64,000 nt of DNA from Lepidodermella squamata. Its lineage: Eukaryota > Animalia > Gastrotricha. The first letter of the stretch is position 1. Each line of letters begins with the position of its first letter. The translations under genes and the position numbers were made by a program. The notes under the pieces were generated by a model. The model had not been told where the DNA came from. It ran no database searches and worked only from the letters and a program-made list of their open reading frames with translations. Shown here in pieces: positions 46,267-58,400 of the stretch. The stretch is taken from the NCBI GenBank assembly GCA_047495785.1, contig JBLDXI010000024.1:2852001-2916000 (forward strand), given 5' to 3'.

Positions 46267-46623
46267 TTGCTTCGAGGCTGATACACCCCAAACTTATTCA
46301 AAGATTGTTCAAAATAAAGCATGAATACGTGTTAACTAGAACTTTTTCAAACGTCTTTTTTGATGCAACTGAAAAGTTTATACTGCTTCCAAGACAACTT
46401 TTTTGTCGAGCCGCTAGCGAAAAATTGTTTGATCATCCGGCAGCGATCTTTCGTGTTTTCTCGAAAGAGCGCTAACCCTAGCACTGTAAGTTTGTTTCGA
46501 CCGCAGGTGGTTTCGGCGAAATTTCTACTGCGCACTTGAAGCCGATAAAAGCAATCCGGTTGTTGGAAAATTCATTCAGTAATTTTTCGTCTTAATTTCA
46601 ACTTCAATTTTCACAACTGAGAA

Positions 46624-47230
46624 ATGTACGTCCAGCTTTTCGCAATTGCTGTTCTTTCAGTCGGAATGGCTTCGGGTAAGCTGATTAGTTTGGAAGGATT
46701 ATTTAACATTACCGCCTGTTATAGCTATGCGGGAATACTATTCGGAAGTGAAACATCGCTGTACTAATGTCGCTGAAAAGCTGAAACAAGTCTTGGACGT
46801 CGAAGGTTGCGCCAAGCGCTGCGATGACCGCCCTTCGTGTAATGGCTTCTCTTACGAATCGGCGACCAAATTCTGCGAAATTCAGGGCCCTTGCACCCAG
46901 AAGAGTGCAGTTCGACCTGGCACCGTTTACTATGCAAAGCATCCTAGTCAGTTTTTAATCATCTGGTTGTTTTTTTCGTTTCCTAATCTTACTTTAAATG
47001 CTTAAGAGGTGATCAACCTTGAACCTGTTGATTTCAAATGCGGCAATGTTTACAACACCATCAGACGCCAGAACATCTGGTCATGTGCCGGCCTGTGCTA
47101 CGACGATCGCAAGAAATGCAATGGCTTCACCGCCAACCCCTTGACTGGTGTTTGTGTTCTCAGCACCTACTGCATCCCCGATGGCAGCAAAAACAGAGCT
47201 GAAAACTTCTCATACCGCACCAACTACTGA
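46624..47230 (+). CDS. Secreted tandem PAN/apple-like domain protein, paralogue 1
   Basis: Exons 46624-46675, 46725-46946, 47007-47230; signal peptide; CAKRCDDRPSCNGFSY..C and CAGLCYDDRKKCNGFT..C. Confidence 0.85.
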
Positions 47231-47635
47231 ACAGCACGGTGGCTAGAGTTCACAAGTGGGCCGAGGAAGCTGATTACTTGGAAGAGCTGATTCGATGAGA
47301 TATGAGATGTAATAAAATTTAGTCTTTTGTGAACTTCTCTATTAGTGGTCCATGAAGCAAGTGGTCATGACACTTTTAAACACAACTTTATGGACTACTA
47401 GTGTTCATCCCGCAGTTAATCGCCACTTTCATGCTTTTCAGCATTGTATTCCAGTTTTTTTTAAACTTGGTTCTCGATGTGCATCCCTTCGCAGTTAGTT
47501 CGCATATCTCGCAAAGTTAGTGTTTCATCAGGGATATATCGATTTGCTCGTGAAAGGGATGCTGACTCATTCCCGAACGCTCGAAGACTGTTGTAGTTCT
47601 CATGAAGCGAATAACCTCTCTTTTATTCCACTATT

Positions 47636-47875
47636 CAGGGTGCGATCTTGGATCCCGGAGCTGCCAGGGATGAAAAAAAAATTCTGTATTTGCCAAAATT
47701 ACTAGTTATTTTGGCGAATAACCGGGCGAAGCGAGAAAATTTTGAAGATTTTCCACTAAAACACGCTCCAGACCCTTTCAAAATTGACGAAATAAGGGGA
47801 TAAATTCTCATTTTGTCGTCTGGCCCGGCCGAGCTGGGGGGATGATCCCCCCATCCCCCTGAAAGTCGCACACTG
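47636..47875. mobile_element. hAT-type MITE
   Basis: CAGGGTGCGA ... TCGCACACTG with a perfect 8-bp TSD CCACTATT on both sides. Confidence 0.85.
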
Positions 47876-48523
47876 CCACTATTTATGAAAAGAACTTGCA
47901 TTTTCGCAATGATGAGCCTTAATTTAGTTTCAACGAAGCTATAGACAATCGCAGGAATTCAACCTGGTTGTCTGACGGCTTTTCGGTCTCACGCTCATGC
48001 GTTATTAAGAATAAACTATTTGTTTGTACGGCTTCTCGTATTCAATTTTATCATCTTGTTGAAAGATCGCTAGCTCTAGTACTGAATGTTTGCTCAAATG
48101 GCAGGTGGTAGCGATGATATTTCTACTGCGCACTTAATACTAAGATGACTCAGCGTTAATGCAGTTCTATCTTCAAAGTTATTCAAATTCTCAGCCAGAC
48201 TGACTTCAGGTTAGTTAATAAGACACACACTAAAGTGAACGACCTGAAATTGCGATTTATCAGTTTTTACCTCAATCCTGCGCTCTTTGACGGATTCAGG
48301 CTTCCGTATTGCAGGGTCAAAAACCGCGTGTTCATGTGGCGTGAATAGCCTAGTCTCCGTGGCGGCGGTTTTTTCACCGTTTCTTTGTTTCTTCATTTCG
48401 TCAGCAAGCTGATAAAATAAAAGAGGATTCTAACTCGGAACCTTCAGTATTAGAACCATGGGTTGGGGCTATTATAAGGTAGGAATCTGAAACTTGCTGA
48501 AACAGGTCAGCTATCCTAACCTA

Positions 48524-48754
48524 CACCAGAAAAAAATCACCCTAATTTGGGTAATAAAAAATCGGACTTTTAACTTGTGAAATCCCCTCAATTAGGGCCT
48601 TGTGATCCTAATTCACGGATTTTCAACATTTATCTGAATTCATGCCCAAAATTACCCCAATACATCTCCAATTATTTATCTACTGAAAGCATGAATTTAG
48701 ATCCCGAATATAAATTCATGCTTTCGGTAGATTAGGGTAATAGTTTTTCTGGTG
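48524..48754. mobile_element. CACTA/EnSpm-like MITE (CAC...GTG, TA TSD)
   Basis: ta|CACCAGAAAAA ... TTTTTCTGGTG|ta, with an internal palindrome GAAAGCATGAATTTA..TAAATTCATGCTTTC. Confidence 0.7.
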
Positions 48755-49849
48755 TAGCTCTATTGCGCAGTTGTCTCGCCTCATGGGTGATAATTGCAAA
48801 CCCGAGGTCCAGGGTATTCTGTGAACGCTCACCTCAACAAATCCGAGCTGTTAACTTCAATAAATTAAAGCTGATCAGAAAAGTCGCAAATTCATAGAAA
48901 CTGGGGTTCCAACTTGTTGCTCAGGGATGTTATACAGGGTGTATATCATAGGTGGCTTTTGGGTAGGATATTGGCCTGAACGCTAAACATCCATGGAATA
49001 TGCGTGTTATCCTGCGTCACAAATGGATAGAACGGTGAATATGAAGGCCCAAAGCGCAGTCGAAGGCCGAAATAGCGGGCAGGAGGACGATTATCCATCG
49101 AAGCCCAGCAAAAATACCCGGATATGGTTGTTATCCGGCGTCAAAAACCACAAAATCAGGATGAATTTGATATGAAAGTGACTCTGACCCTTTCCTTAAC
49201 GACTGGCTGTCGTTTTAGTACAGAGGAAGATTGTTCAATATTAATCATGAATATACAAGTTAGCGTGCAATTTTTCAACGATCAGTCGTATCTATTTTTT
49301 CGTACACTTGAAGCTTAGTGCAAGGGAAAAAGGAATTCAACCTGCTGAGTTAGACAATTCGCTGGTTATTTTTGACATTAAGGTTGGGCTATTTTTAGTT
49401 GGAATATTTACATTTTACATATTTTTAGCTAATTTTGAAAACGTAATTGTCCCACCAAAAGCTTAGTGCAAAGGACAAAGCACTACAACATTGCAGGATA
49501 TTTTTAGCAGCTTGAATATTTTTAGCTTAGATGTTTTTTGCCGCCTCCCACTCATGCGTTACCCAGGGAAAATTTGCTCATCCATAGGCGATCTTTAGTA
49601 CCGCGTGGCATAATTTCTCGAAATTTCACGATGCTTTTTAGAAGGAAGTGGCTATGCTTACTACATGTAATTTACCGAAAAAGAAAGGCGATGTTTGCGG
49701 TGCCCGCAGGTGTTTGAAAATTGTCATAAACAAGTCCCTTTTCGCACTTGGAAGCTGATATAAGCTGGGAGCCGCTTCGGAAAAATGCAATTTACGGTTT
49801 CCTTGACTTGAGAACTATACATTTTCTCTTTTAATTTACTTTCTTTGCC

Positions 49850-50459
49850 ATGGCCATCCAACTTATCGCGATCGCAATCATCTCTGTCGGAGCAGTGTCA
49901 GGTAATTGAATCGGCTTTCACAGCCAGAGTATATATGTATTTTGCTTAACAGTCAAAGCAGCCATTCCGGACTGGTATTCTAAGGTTGGCTACAGCTGTC
50001 CTGTTACCGATACATTCAAGTCAATCCCCTCCCTCGACACGTGCGCCTACACCTGCGAATCCCTCCCTTCATGCAACGGCATCGCCTACCAAACGAGCAC
50101 CAAAACCTGCCAAATTCAAGGCCCGTGCAACGTGAAGGGTGGAGTTCAAACTGGTGTCGTTTACTACGCCAAGCATCCTAGTCAGTTTTCAATTTTGTCA
50201 TTGTTTCTCCGCTTCTTATCGTTTATCTGCTTCAGAGATGATCAACGTTCTAACTGTCAATTTCAAATGCGGCAATGTTTACAAGACCAGCAATAGCCAG
50301 ACCATTTCGTCATGTGCTGGGTTGTGCTACGCTGATGCTGCGAAATGCAAAGGCTTCACCGTCAACACGAAGACTGGTGTATGTGTCCTGAGCACCAACT
50401 GCGTTTCAGATGGCAGCAAAAACCTCCCGGAAAACAGCTCTTACCGCACCAACTACTAA
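49850..50459 (+). CDS. Secreted tandem PAN/apple-like domain protein, paralogue 2
   Basis: Exons 49850-49901, 49953-50180, 50236-50459; same intron positions as paralogue 1 and shared QGPC, YYAKHP, FKCGNVY, CAGLCY, SYRTNY*. Confidence 0.88.
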
Positions 50460-50938
50460 GCGGCCAACTGCTGGCGGGGAGTTCATTTCACAGATGAGTT
50501 GAGTTGATGATGAAATAAAGCCATGTATTTGAGATCAAAACTGCCTCCGTTTCTCGATGCCGTCAGACTTGTGTGATGCGATCAACATCGCTTTTCTTAC
50601 ATACTTTTCGGCCTCCCTCGAACTACTAGTTATCGAGAAACATATTTGTAATGCGGCTTTCACGTGCTCAGTGCTCAGTGGCATTCTCTTAGAAAGGTCG
50701 ATAGGACAAGTAATGAATGTTTGCTTCAATGGCAGATGATATCGGCAAAATTACTCCTGAGCATCCACTACTGCTCCAATGGCGATTTTATGGTTTGCTG
50801 AACAATTTGAAATGTGGGTGCTCAATATGGAACGCTGAAGAGGAAAAATGAGAAGCCTGCTATTCTATGTCCATTTTATTCGATTTTTGACCGGTAAAGA
50901 AAACAACAACACGAACATACAGATAAATGTACAATCTC

Positions 50939-53083
50939 TCAAGCGTTTCCCGGCGCTACTGCCGTAGTAGTGCGAATCCAATCAAGCGCGCTGCATATTG
51001 AAGCGTAAACAGATGGCTGGTTATGAACTCCACATTCCACCCCGAACGAAGCAACGCCTAGAGCTATGGTTCTACCATCAGATTTCAAACGGCATTGCAA
51101 GGGACCTCCCGTATCCTGCGAGCAACGAGGCGGAGCTATGTCGCGAGCTGCCAACGCCGGGCACTGCTCATATTCGAAATCAGTATCAGCCGATGGTGTT
51201 CCGCAATACGATTGGGTCACATCTATCGCCTTGGCGTTCGCTACAGAGCTATTGCCAGTCCAACCTGACGCGACTAGTTGGTAGCATGAATAAGCAATGT
51301 CTCGGCATTGATCGCGATCGGGCAGGCAAATCGGGCGAACTGTGTCTGATAGTGTTAGAGCGGTTTTCAGTCTGATTATAGCCACGTCTGAAGTTGCATT
51401 GAGAGGATTCGGCGACGTGTAAGCTGGGTTTATGTATATCTGATCTGATAGTCTTTGTTGGCCTCCAGGAGTTTCGTTGTTTCGAATCGTAGTTCGGCCA
51501 ACCTTTGCCACTACCCTGCAACATTAGGAAAAGGTCTCTGAGGTTTGAACTTGAGACTCCAAAAATGCCCCTAACTTGGGTTTAGATTGGAAATCTCAAT
51601 AGGAATGGGATCTTGACCTTCTACTAGGAACCTTTGAACCTTCACTAATTTGTTCAATCAAGCGTGACTCTTTTTCTTACCCTATGATACTGTCCTTATC
51701 TCGAACACAGCGAGCTGAGGTGAGGACAAATTGTTGGTTGATGAGAACTCCAGAGCAAAACTCCGATCGAATTGCCGTATAGAAAACGTCTAGTTTGACC
51801 AACCATGGCAACCTATTACCAGAAGATGGGACACCACATTCTGTCGCTGAGGCTACAATCAATTAAAATCAATCAATAGACGGACAAGTCGATAATTTGA
51901 AAGCAATGCCTTGTTTGCAGTTTGAAAGTGTTTGCGAGAGTTGGCCATTTGGTTGGCAAGTAGCTCGACCACCACCGACCAGCCCGAAGCCACATTGGCC
52001 GTAGATTGAGGTTCCGGGTTGGACGCGGCTACCCGAAGGTAATACCGAGGTTCGATCGCCGTCACTTCCAACTGTTCCGTTTTGAATCGAGGGTACAACG
52101 CATTCGATCACTTTGTCGTTATTCTAGATCATGAAAACAAATAAGACAAAAATAATAAAATAATGAACACTGCCTGCCAATTGAAATTTTAAAATTCTGG
52201 AAAATTTTTAAAAATTGAAATTGGATTTGGATTTTTTTAATTTGAAATTTCTTTTAAATTCTGGGAAAATTCCCAAATTAAAATGTGTTGAAGCTTGTTA
52301 TCTGAAATTGATTTGGAATACGTTTTCGATTATTTGAAATTTAAAGAAAATTATATGAAATAAAGTATCTGTAAATTTTGAATTCGAACTACAGAAAGAT
52401 TTAATTTTAAAAAGTCTACAATTTTTAAGTTCTAAATAAAAATATTAAATTGTATTTATCTGAATTTGTATACCAAGCGTTCGGGCGAAGTTAGTCGTTG
52501 CCTTGGAGTAGTTCTTTGAGTTCTTTGAGTGACTTCCTCACTGTAATCATCATCGAGCGTCACTGCTGGGGTTGTAGTCCTCCGCGGAGGATCCATTGTC
52601 GTACTCCGCCTCACTGTAGTACTAACCACTATGCCAGCCTTGGTGGTCCTTCTACGAGGCCGAGGCCCAGCGGAGGCCTCTCTTACAGTTAAACACACCC
52701 CTAGATCATGCTTCCACCTGCCGTTGGTCAGGCAAAGGGTTCGCTTGGGTCCTATTAGAACGTAACCAGGCTCGCATGACAGGATCAGGATACGTCCGGC
52801 CTGGGCTGTTTCGCCGGGTTCGACACTATTAGGCTCCCGGCCACTTCGCCTTCGGGTGACTAAAATCCCACGTTCAATGGCCGGAACCGTGCAACGTCGG
52901 TCGTAACTCGGAACGCCATTGTCGTAGTAATAATCAGCTAGCTAAAATAATTTTTTTTTATTAAAACTGAATGTTTCAAAAATTTGAAAAATTGCTCACG
53001 TCATACGTTGGCTGGTTAACAGCAACTTGCCCAAGCGCTGATGTTGCCGAGATCAAAATAATTGATAATACGTGATGATTCAT
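50939..53083 (-). CDS. Secreted Sushi/CCP x2 + Thr-rich linker + catalytically inactive trypsin-like domain
   Basis: Signal peptide MNHHVLSIILISATSALG; CCPs (CTVPAIERG...CEPGYVLIGPKRTLCLTNGRW; CVVPSIQNG...CGFGLVGGGRATCQPNGQLS..C); trypsin fold LPWLV, CSGVLINQQFVLTSARC, DVAIIRL, VRPICLP, CSQDTGGPL, GVASFG. Confidence 0.85.
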
Positions 53084-55422
53084 CACATTCAAAACTGAAA
53101 TATTTTTTTGAAAAATATGAGAAGAAAAATTCAATTTTGGCAGGGTTAATAGCTCGTGATGACAAAATAATGTTAATGAGATGGCATATGAGATATAATT
53201 AAGGCGTGCACCCACCCCGAGCATCAGGGGTCATAAAGGTGGGTTCATCAAATTTGCTAATGGCATCTTGATTGCGTGTGTAGTTGACATGATAGAAAAA
53301 AGATATACCGCAGTAATAGTAGTTGAAACGTGTGCTGGCAAGCAATTTTTGGCGCTGTGTTTTTTTTCTGGGCATGCAGCGCCCTGGCCATGTGCTGGAC
53401 ACCCTGTATTAGTCTGCGGATTTGCGCGCTCACGTTTGCGTGGGTAGGGTATATTACTTAGCCCGCGAGGCTTATAATTATTACTGGTGTGTAGCGGAAA
53501 AAAATAAAAAACAAGGTGTTAAGAACCCGGCTGTGAGTCTTCGCAGATTTTTCCTCACCTCTATCCATGTCTAAACCAATTTCAGTAAAAATGCGCTTGA
53601 AAATCTCCACGCCAGGGCTATTTAATTCTAGTTAATCCCAGACAGAAGAGAAGACGACCAAAAACCGAGGAAAAATTCTGCGACAAAGCTTTTAAAACGT
53701 AGACAAAAAATCGCCTTAAAAATTCAAGTTTTTATATATATTTTGTTAGAAAAAAATTGGATTATTTTCCCCTGAAAATTAATAACTGAGGGCTTGGTTA
53801 GAAGAAATTCATGCGCCATGTAATAAACACCTTAAGCGCTTTGAGGTTGTTTCCTGTTTTAATTGCTATTTCCATTGGTTGTAGTTTGTACCTAAACAAT
53901 GATTTTTATTCAAATTAGTGCAATCAATAAACACTCTGTTTGTCAATATTTATCAGAAAAATAAGGCCTAATAATAAAATAGGTCATCTTTCAGGTCATT
54001 ACTAGTGCATTTTTACAATTCGCTGATTTTTCCAGAAAGATGAAGAATTAAAAAATGTACGCGGGAAAATATTTCGAACAATTTGCAACACTAAAATCAA
54101 AGTTCCAGCTTAGTTACTGCACAAAATTTTCCGATTCTTTGCCTATTGATGTCCGCCATGACCCTGAAACGTTTTATTTTTGCTGCCTAAATAAAGACAT
54201 TTTCAATATTGGCTTCCAACACTGCCGATATCTTTGTTGGCGCGCCAATATCGAAATTGAGACTCTTCTATATCTCAGTTTTTCACGCTGGTCAATAGTG
54301 TCTACAAACCGCATCACAAAATTGGTTCGGGATCAAAGTCCTATCTCCCCTTTGGTTGATATTTTTTGAGTTCATCTTTTTCCACACAGAAAAGTAAGAA
54401 AAGTTCATCAAGTACTTATTCAATCACGACAAAAAATGTTGATGATGACTCGAACACATCGCAAAAAAGAAGAACTCACGAGGAATCGAACCAAAGGAAA
54501 AAATCTTTTTCGTTCACACTAAAATGATGAAAATATGCGGTAAAATGGATATGAACGCGAAAGACTCGAACCGCACAACCTTAAAAAAAAATGATCAACA
54601 AATAAAAATATCCGCCAGAGTCCTATCTGCACCAAATGACCCCAAAGTGCGATAACTATGTGCCACCGGTCAGAATAGACAACACCATTCGATCCGCCGG
54701 GGATAATTAACCCTTATCATGGCCTCGGTGAATTTATTTACTGAATTGTTTTATTTAACTCAAAATTCACTGTCTTGGAGATAGGACTTCTTGCCGCACC
54801 AACGGCGAATATCAGAAAAATCACCGATTTGTGAAATCGATTCTTGTAATCGATATCATCTCTGCAGGTGGTAGAATTAAGTATAAATTGACCGCCAATA
54901 GAGCCAAATGCACGCAAAAGTTTGATCTATCGGCATGATTTTTCAAAAATTCGAACCTCGGTAACAGCACCCTCATTTTTGGAAAATCAAGTGATTGGCG
55001 CCTCAAATCAATACTTACCCTTTCCCCTTTAATGCTGAAAAATGTCCCGACGGTTATAAATTCCATCTCCTGAAATTCGATTCGACCTCACACAAAATCT
55101 CTGCAAAAAAATTGGAATGCTCAGTATTAACCTTGAACGAATTCACACCCAAAAATATAAAAGACCATTTTTTGTAGGGAAAGCGATAAACTTTTATTCC
55201 AACAACTAACGATTGCAGTTAATATATTGTTGTTTAATCAAATGATTAACAGCGAATAGTAGTCGGGAAGTCATCAACATTACAGCCTTCAAATGCATAC
55301 ATCTATATATCATCGCAGAATTCAGAAAGAGAGAAAAATCGATGAAGTTCAAAATTTAGGATGCATTCCGAATGCCTAATATTCAACGATGAATAAGAAG
55401 AAAAAAAATCAAAATTAATTAA

Positions 55423-58400
55423 TCAATTCTGAACAGCGGCCATGCTCGGAAACGTGTTGCCCATGCGGCAGGGCGGCGGTAAAAAATCGCCCTCCATCCA
55501 CTTGCCATTGCGCGGGTCGTAGGTAAGCAATTTGTACGGCGCCAGACTCGCCGTTAAATCGGACGTGAACGAGAAGAGGCACGTAAGCAGGCCGCCGTAG
55601 GCACACGCCGTGACGATGGGCGACGGCTGCGGCAGGTCAGCGGTGGGTAGGTGGTACCAGGCGGCTTTTTCAAAGTCGAAGAACTCGACCGACGACTCGA
55701 CGCCGAGCTCCGTGTGCCCGCCGACCGCGTACAGCGCGTCGTTGAGCACGGCGGCGCCGAAGTGCGTGCGTTTGCGCGTCATCGGCGCCATTTCGTACCA
55801 GCCGCTGTCGCTGGTTATTTCGTAGTCTTCGTTAACGAGGCTCGTCACCGGAACGTAGGACGCCTTGTTAGACACGGAAGACGATGAACATTCGACACCA
55901 CCTGAAAAATAATGAAAAAATGTTCATGAATCTTTTAGTTTGAGAATTTGAAATTTTTTTCAGGAATAAATTTTCGAAAAAATACACCTTAAAATTTTCT
56001 TGAATTTTGGAAAAATGGTTGAATCCTCCAGGATTATAATCAGCTTCAGCTTTCACTGCTATGATAAAAAAACCGATAACACCGAGGTGACTATCAAATT
56101 TCAAATAATTGATATAGAAAATCGATCTCCGCATATGAAATCAGCTTTCAGATTGAACTATGGACTGCCTATGTTACCTTAATAAATGGAATTATTTTTT
56201 TTTTAATTTGCCGAGCCCTAAATCCTCAGGATTCGGCAGCTCCCAATGCAAGGACCAGTAATCGCGATTATATCTCACAAAATGGCATGAAAAGACATCT
56301 CTCCGTTATGATTCTTTCTCTAAAAGTTCAAAATAACCTGAAAAATCCTAAAACTTCGCTGCAAATTTGCGTAGAAAAAACATTGATTTTCGAATACTTA
56401 CAAAAATATATCCACCAGTTGAATCTGAAAAAATTCCCTTTTACGCTGAATTTTTCAATTCTGAAAAATCCAAGAATTTCTGTGTCAATGTCATAGAATC
56501 GATTTTATAATCAAGGCTGAAGGCCTAACCTTGAGTTGAATCATGAAAATAAGAGAATGCCTAAATCAGAGGAATCGCCGAGGAATTATCCTGTTATCCT
56601 TGAAAATAATATTTGTAAAAAATCGATTCAAAAATTTCTAAAGATTTTCAGAATTTTTGCGAATTTCTTCAATGATCCTTGCAACAAAAAATCGCTAAAT
56701 TCTAAAATTAAAATGGGCCCTAAAAACTAGGCTTCAGGACTAGCCTGAAAATGCGTCAAGTTAATTAAATCTGGTTTGTATGAAAATCGAAAGCCCCTCT
56801 TTGCCTAATCGCCTTAGTCACCCTGTCATACGAGTGAAAATTGAAGCCAATTAATTAAAAACGATTGAAAACTTGGAACTTGAAAAATAGATCATCGAAG
56901 TAGGTATTTCCAATTTTTTCAGGTTTCAGCTTACCTAGGGCGATGATTCGATCCTGAACGGAGACCATGCGAAGGCCGTCGCCGCCATGATGCGCCAGCG
57001 ACGTGATTGGGCGCCACTTTTGCTGCGACAAATGCAGAGCCTCGCATGTGTCCAAGTGCTTGCAGAATATAATATCTTGCGCCTCGACTATTCCGCCGGC
57101 GACAACGATAACGTCGGCGTAGGGCACGGCGACTACAGCCGGGCGGCATCGAACCGTCGTCAGTGATGGCATCGTTTTCCAAGTTCGCGATCGAGTTTCC
57201 AAACATACCTGAAAATTAAAAAAAAATTAAAATCCTTACTTCGACGAAAATAAACAGAAATAATGGGAAGGGCTTTGAAACATTCAGAAAAAAATTACAA
57301 AAGTTTGAAATACAAAATTTAAAAATTTAAAAATTTTACGAAAAAAATTCAAGTGAGTTCAAAGTGTTCAACAAAACTTGGGAAAAATAAAAATGTTCAA
57401 CTTGAATTTTTAATTTTTACTCTAATATAATTTTTATTCTATTCTAATTTTAATTTTTAGAAATTTTGTACCATGAAACTGCCGAGTCCAAGATCGTCGG
57501 CCTGAGTACTGGTAGTGCGGCTGTCCGAGCCAACGAATCCGAGACAGTTCTCGCCATTGGAGAAAACAGTGACACAGGACAGGTCCATGTTGTAAGGAGC
57601 ACGAACAGAATTCGACCATTTGTGAACCATCGGATCGTAGACGGATAATTCGAAGGGACCTGAAAAATATCAACATCGTCTAAAATTTGAAAAAATCCAA
57701 ATTAAAAATTTTAAACAACCATAATAATTAATCAAAATTCTCTTAAGCCTAACAAAATTTGAAATTTAAATTTTGAAAAATTCGAAAATAAGATCTAAAA
57801 ATTTGCTGAGGTTCCAGAGCAAAATTTTCCACATTTTTATCAATTTTACCCATTTCCATAATTTAATGTCCCAAAAAGTGGGTAGGTAGAAAAAATTCCA
57901 ATGTAGAATTTCACGACTGCTGATATTGAAAAAATCACCGATTTGTAAAATTGATACTCGGAATCGATTTTAGTTTAATTTAAATTTTAAATCAATTTTA
58001 AATTTTTCATTAATTTTAAATTTTTTTCTTACCGGTGTTGGCGTAAATTAATCCGCCACGAGGGGGGACCGACGGATGAAAATCCTCGGAATTCCTGAGC
58101 GTCGACTCTAAAATATCGCGACAGACTTGATCTTCCTTAATCAACGATTCGTTCCTTAGTTTCGAAGCCAAAAAATTCGGCCTCGCCTGTTTCAGCCGCA
58201 GTAGCTTAACCAGATTTAACAGCATTCGCTTTCGATCATCGGCCGCTTTTTTATTGCTCGGGCCGTCTTGATTCGTGTCGTATTTCGTCCAGCTCAGGAT
58301 GATGTCGAGCAGGTGGTCTTCGGTCAACTGGCCGAATAAATCGTTCGATAAGATGTCGCGGAACTGCATGAAGTCGAGTTTCAGGATTTCGGGTGATTTT

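Noticed and set aside
48757-48820. tRNA/SINE-head-like sequence GCTCTATTGCGCAGTTG...TGCAAACCCGAGGTCCAGGGT
   Set aside because: T-arm/B-box is broken and there is no second copy in the window
54470-54590. Two GGTTCGA B-box-like motifs on the minus strand
   Set aside because: No cloverleaf, A-box or acceptor stem could be built; not called tRNA
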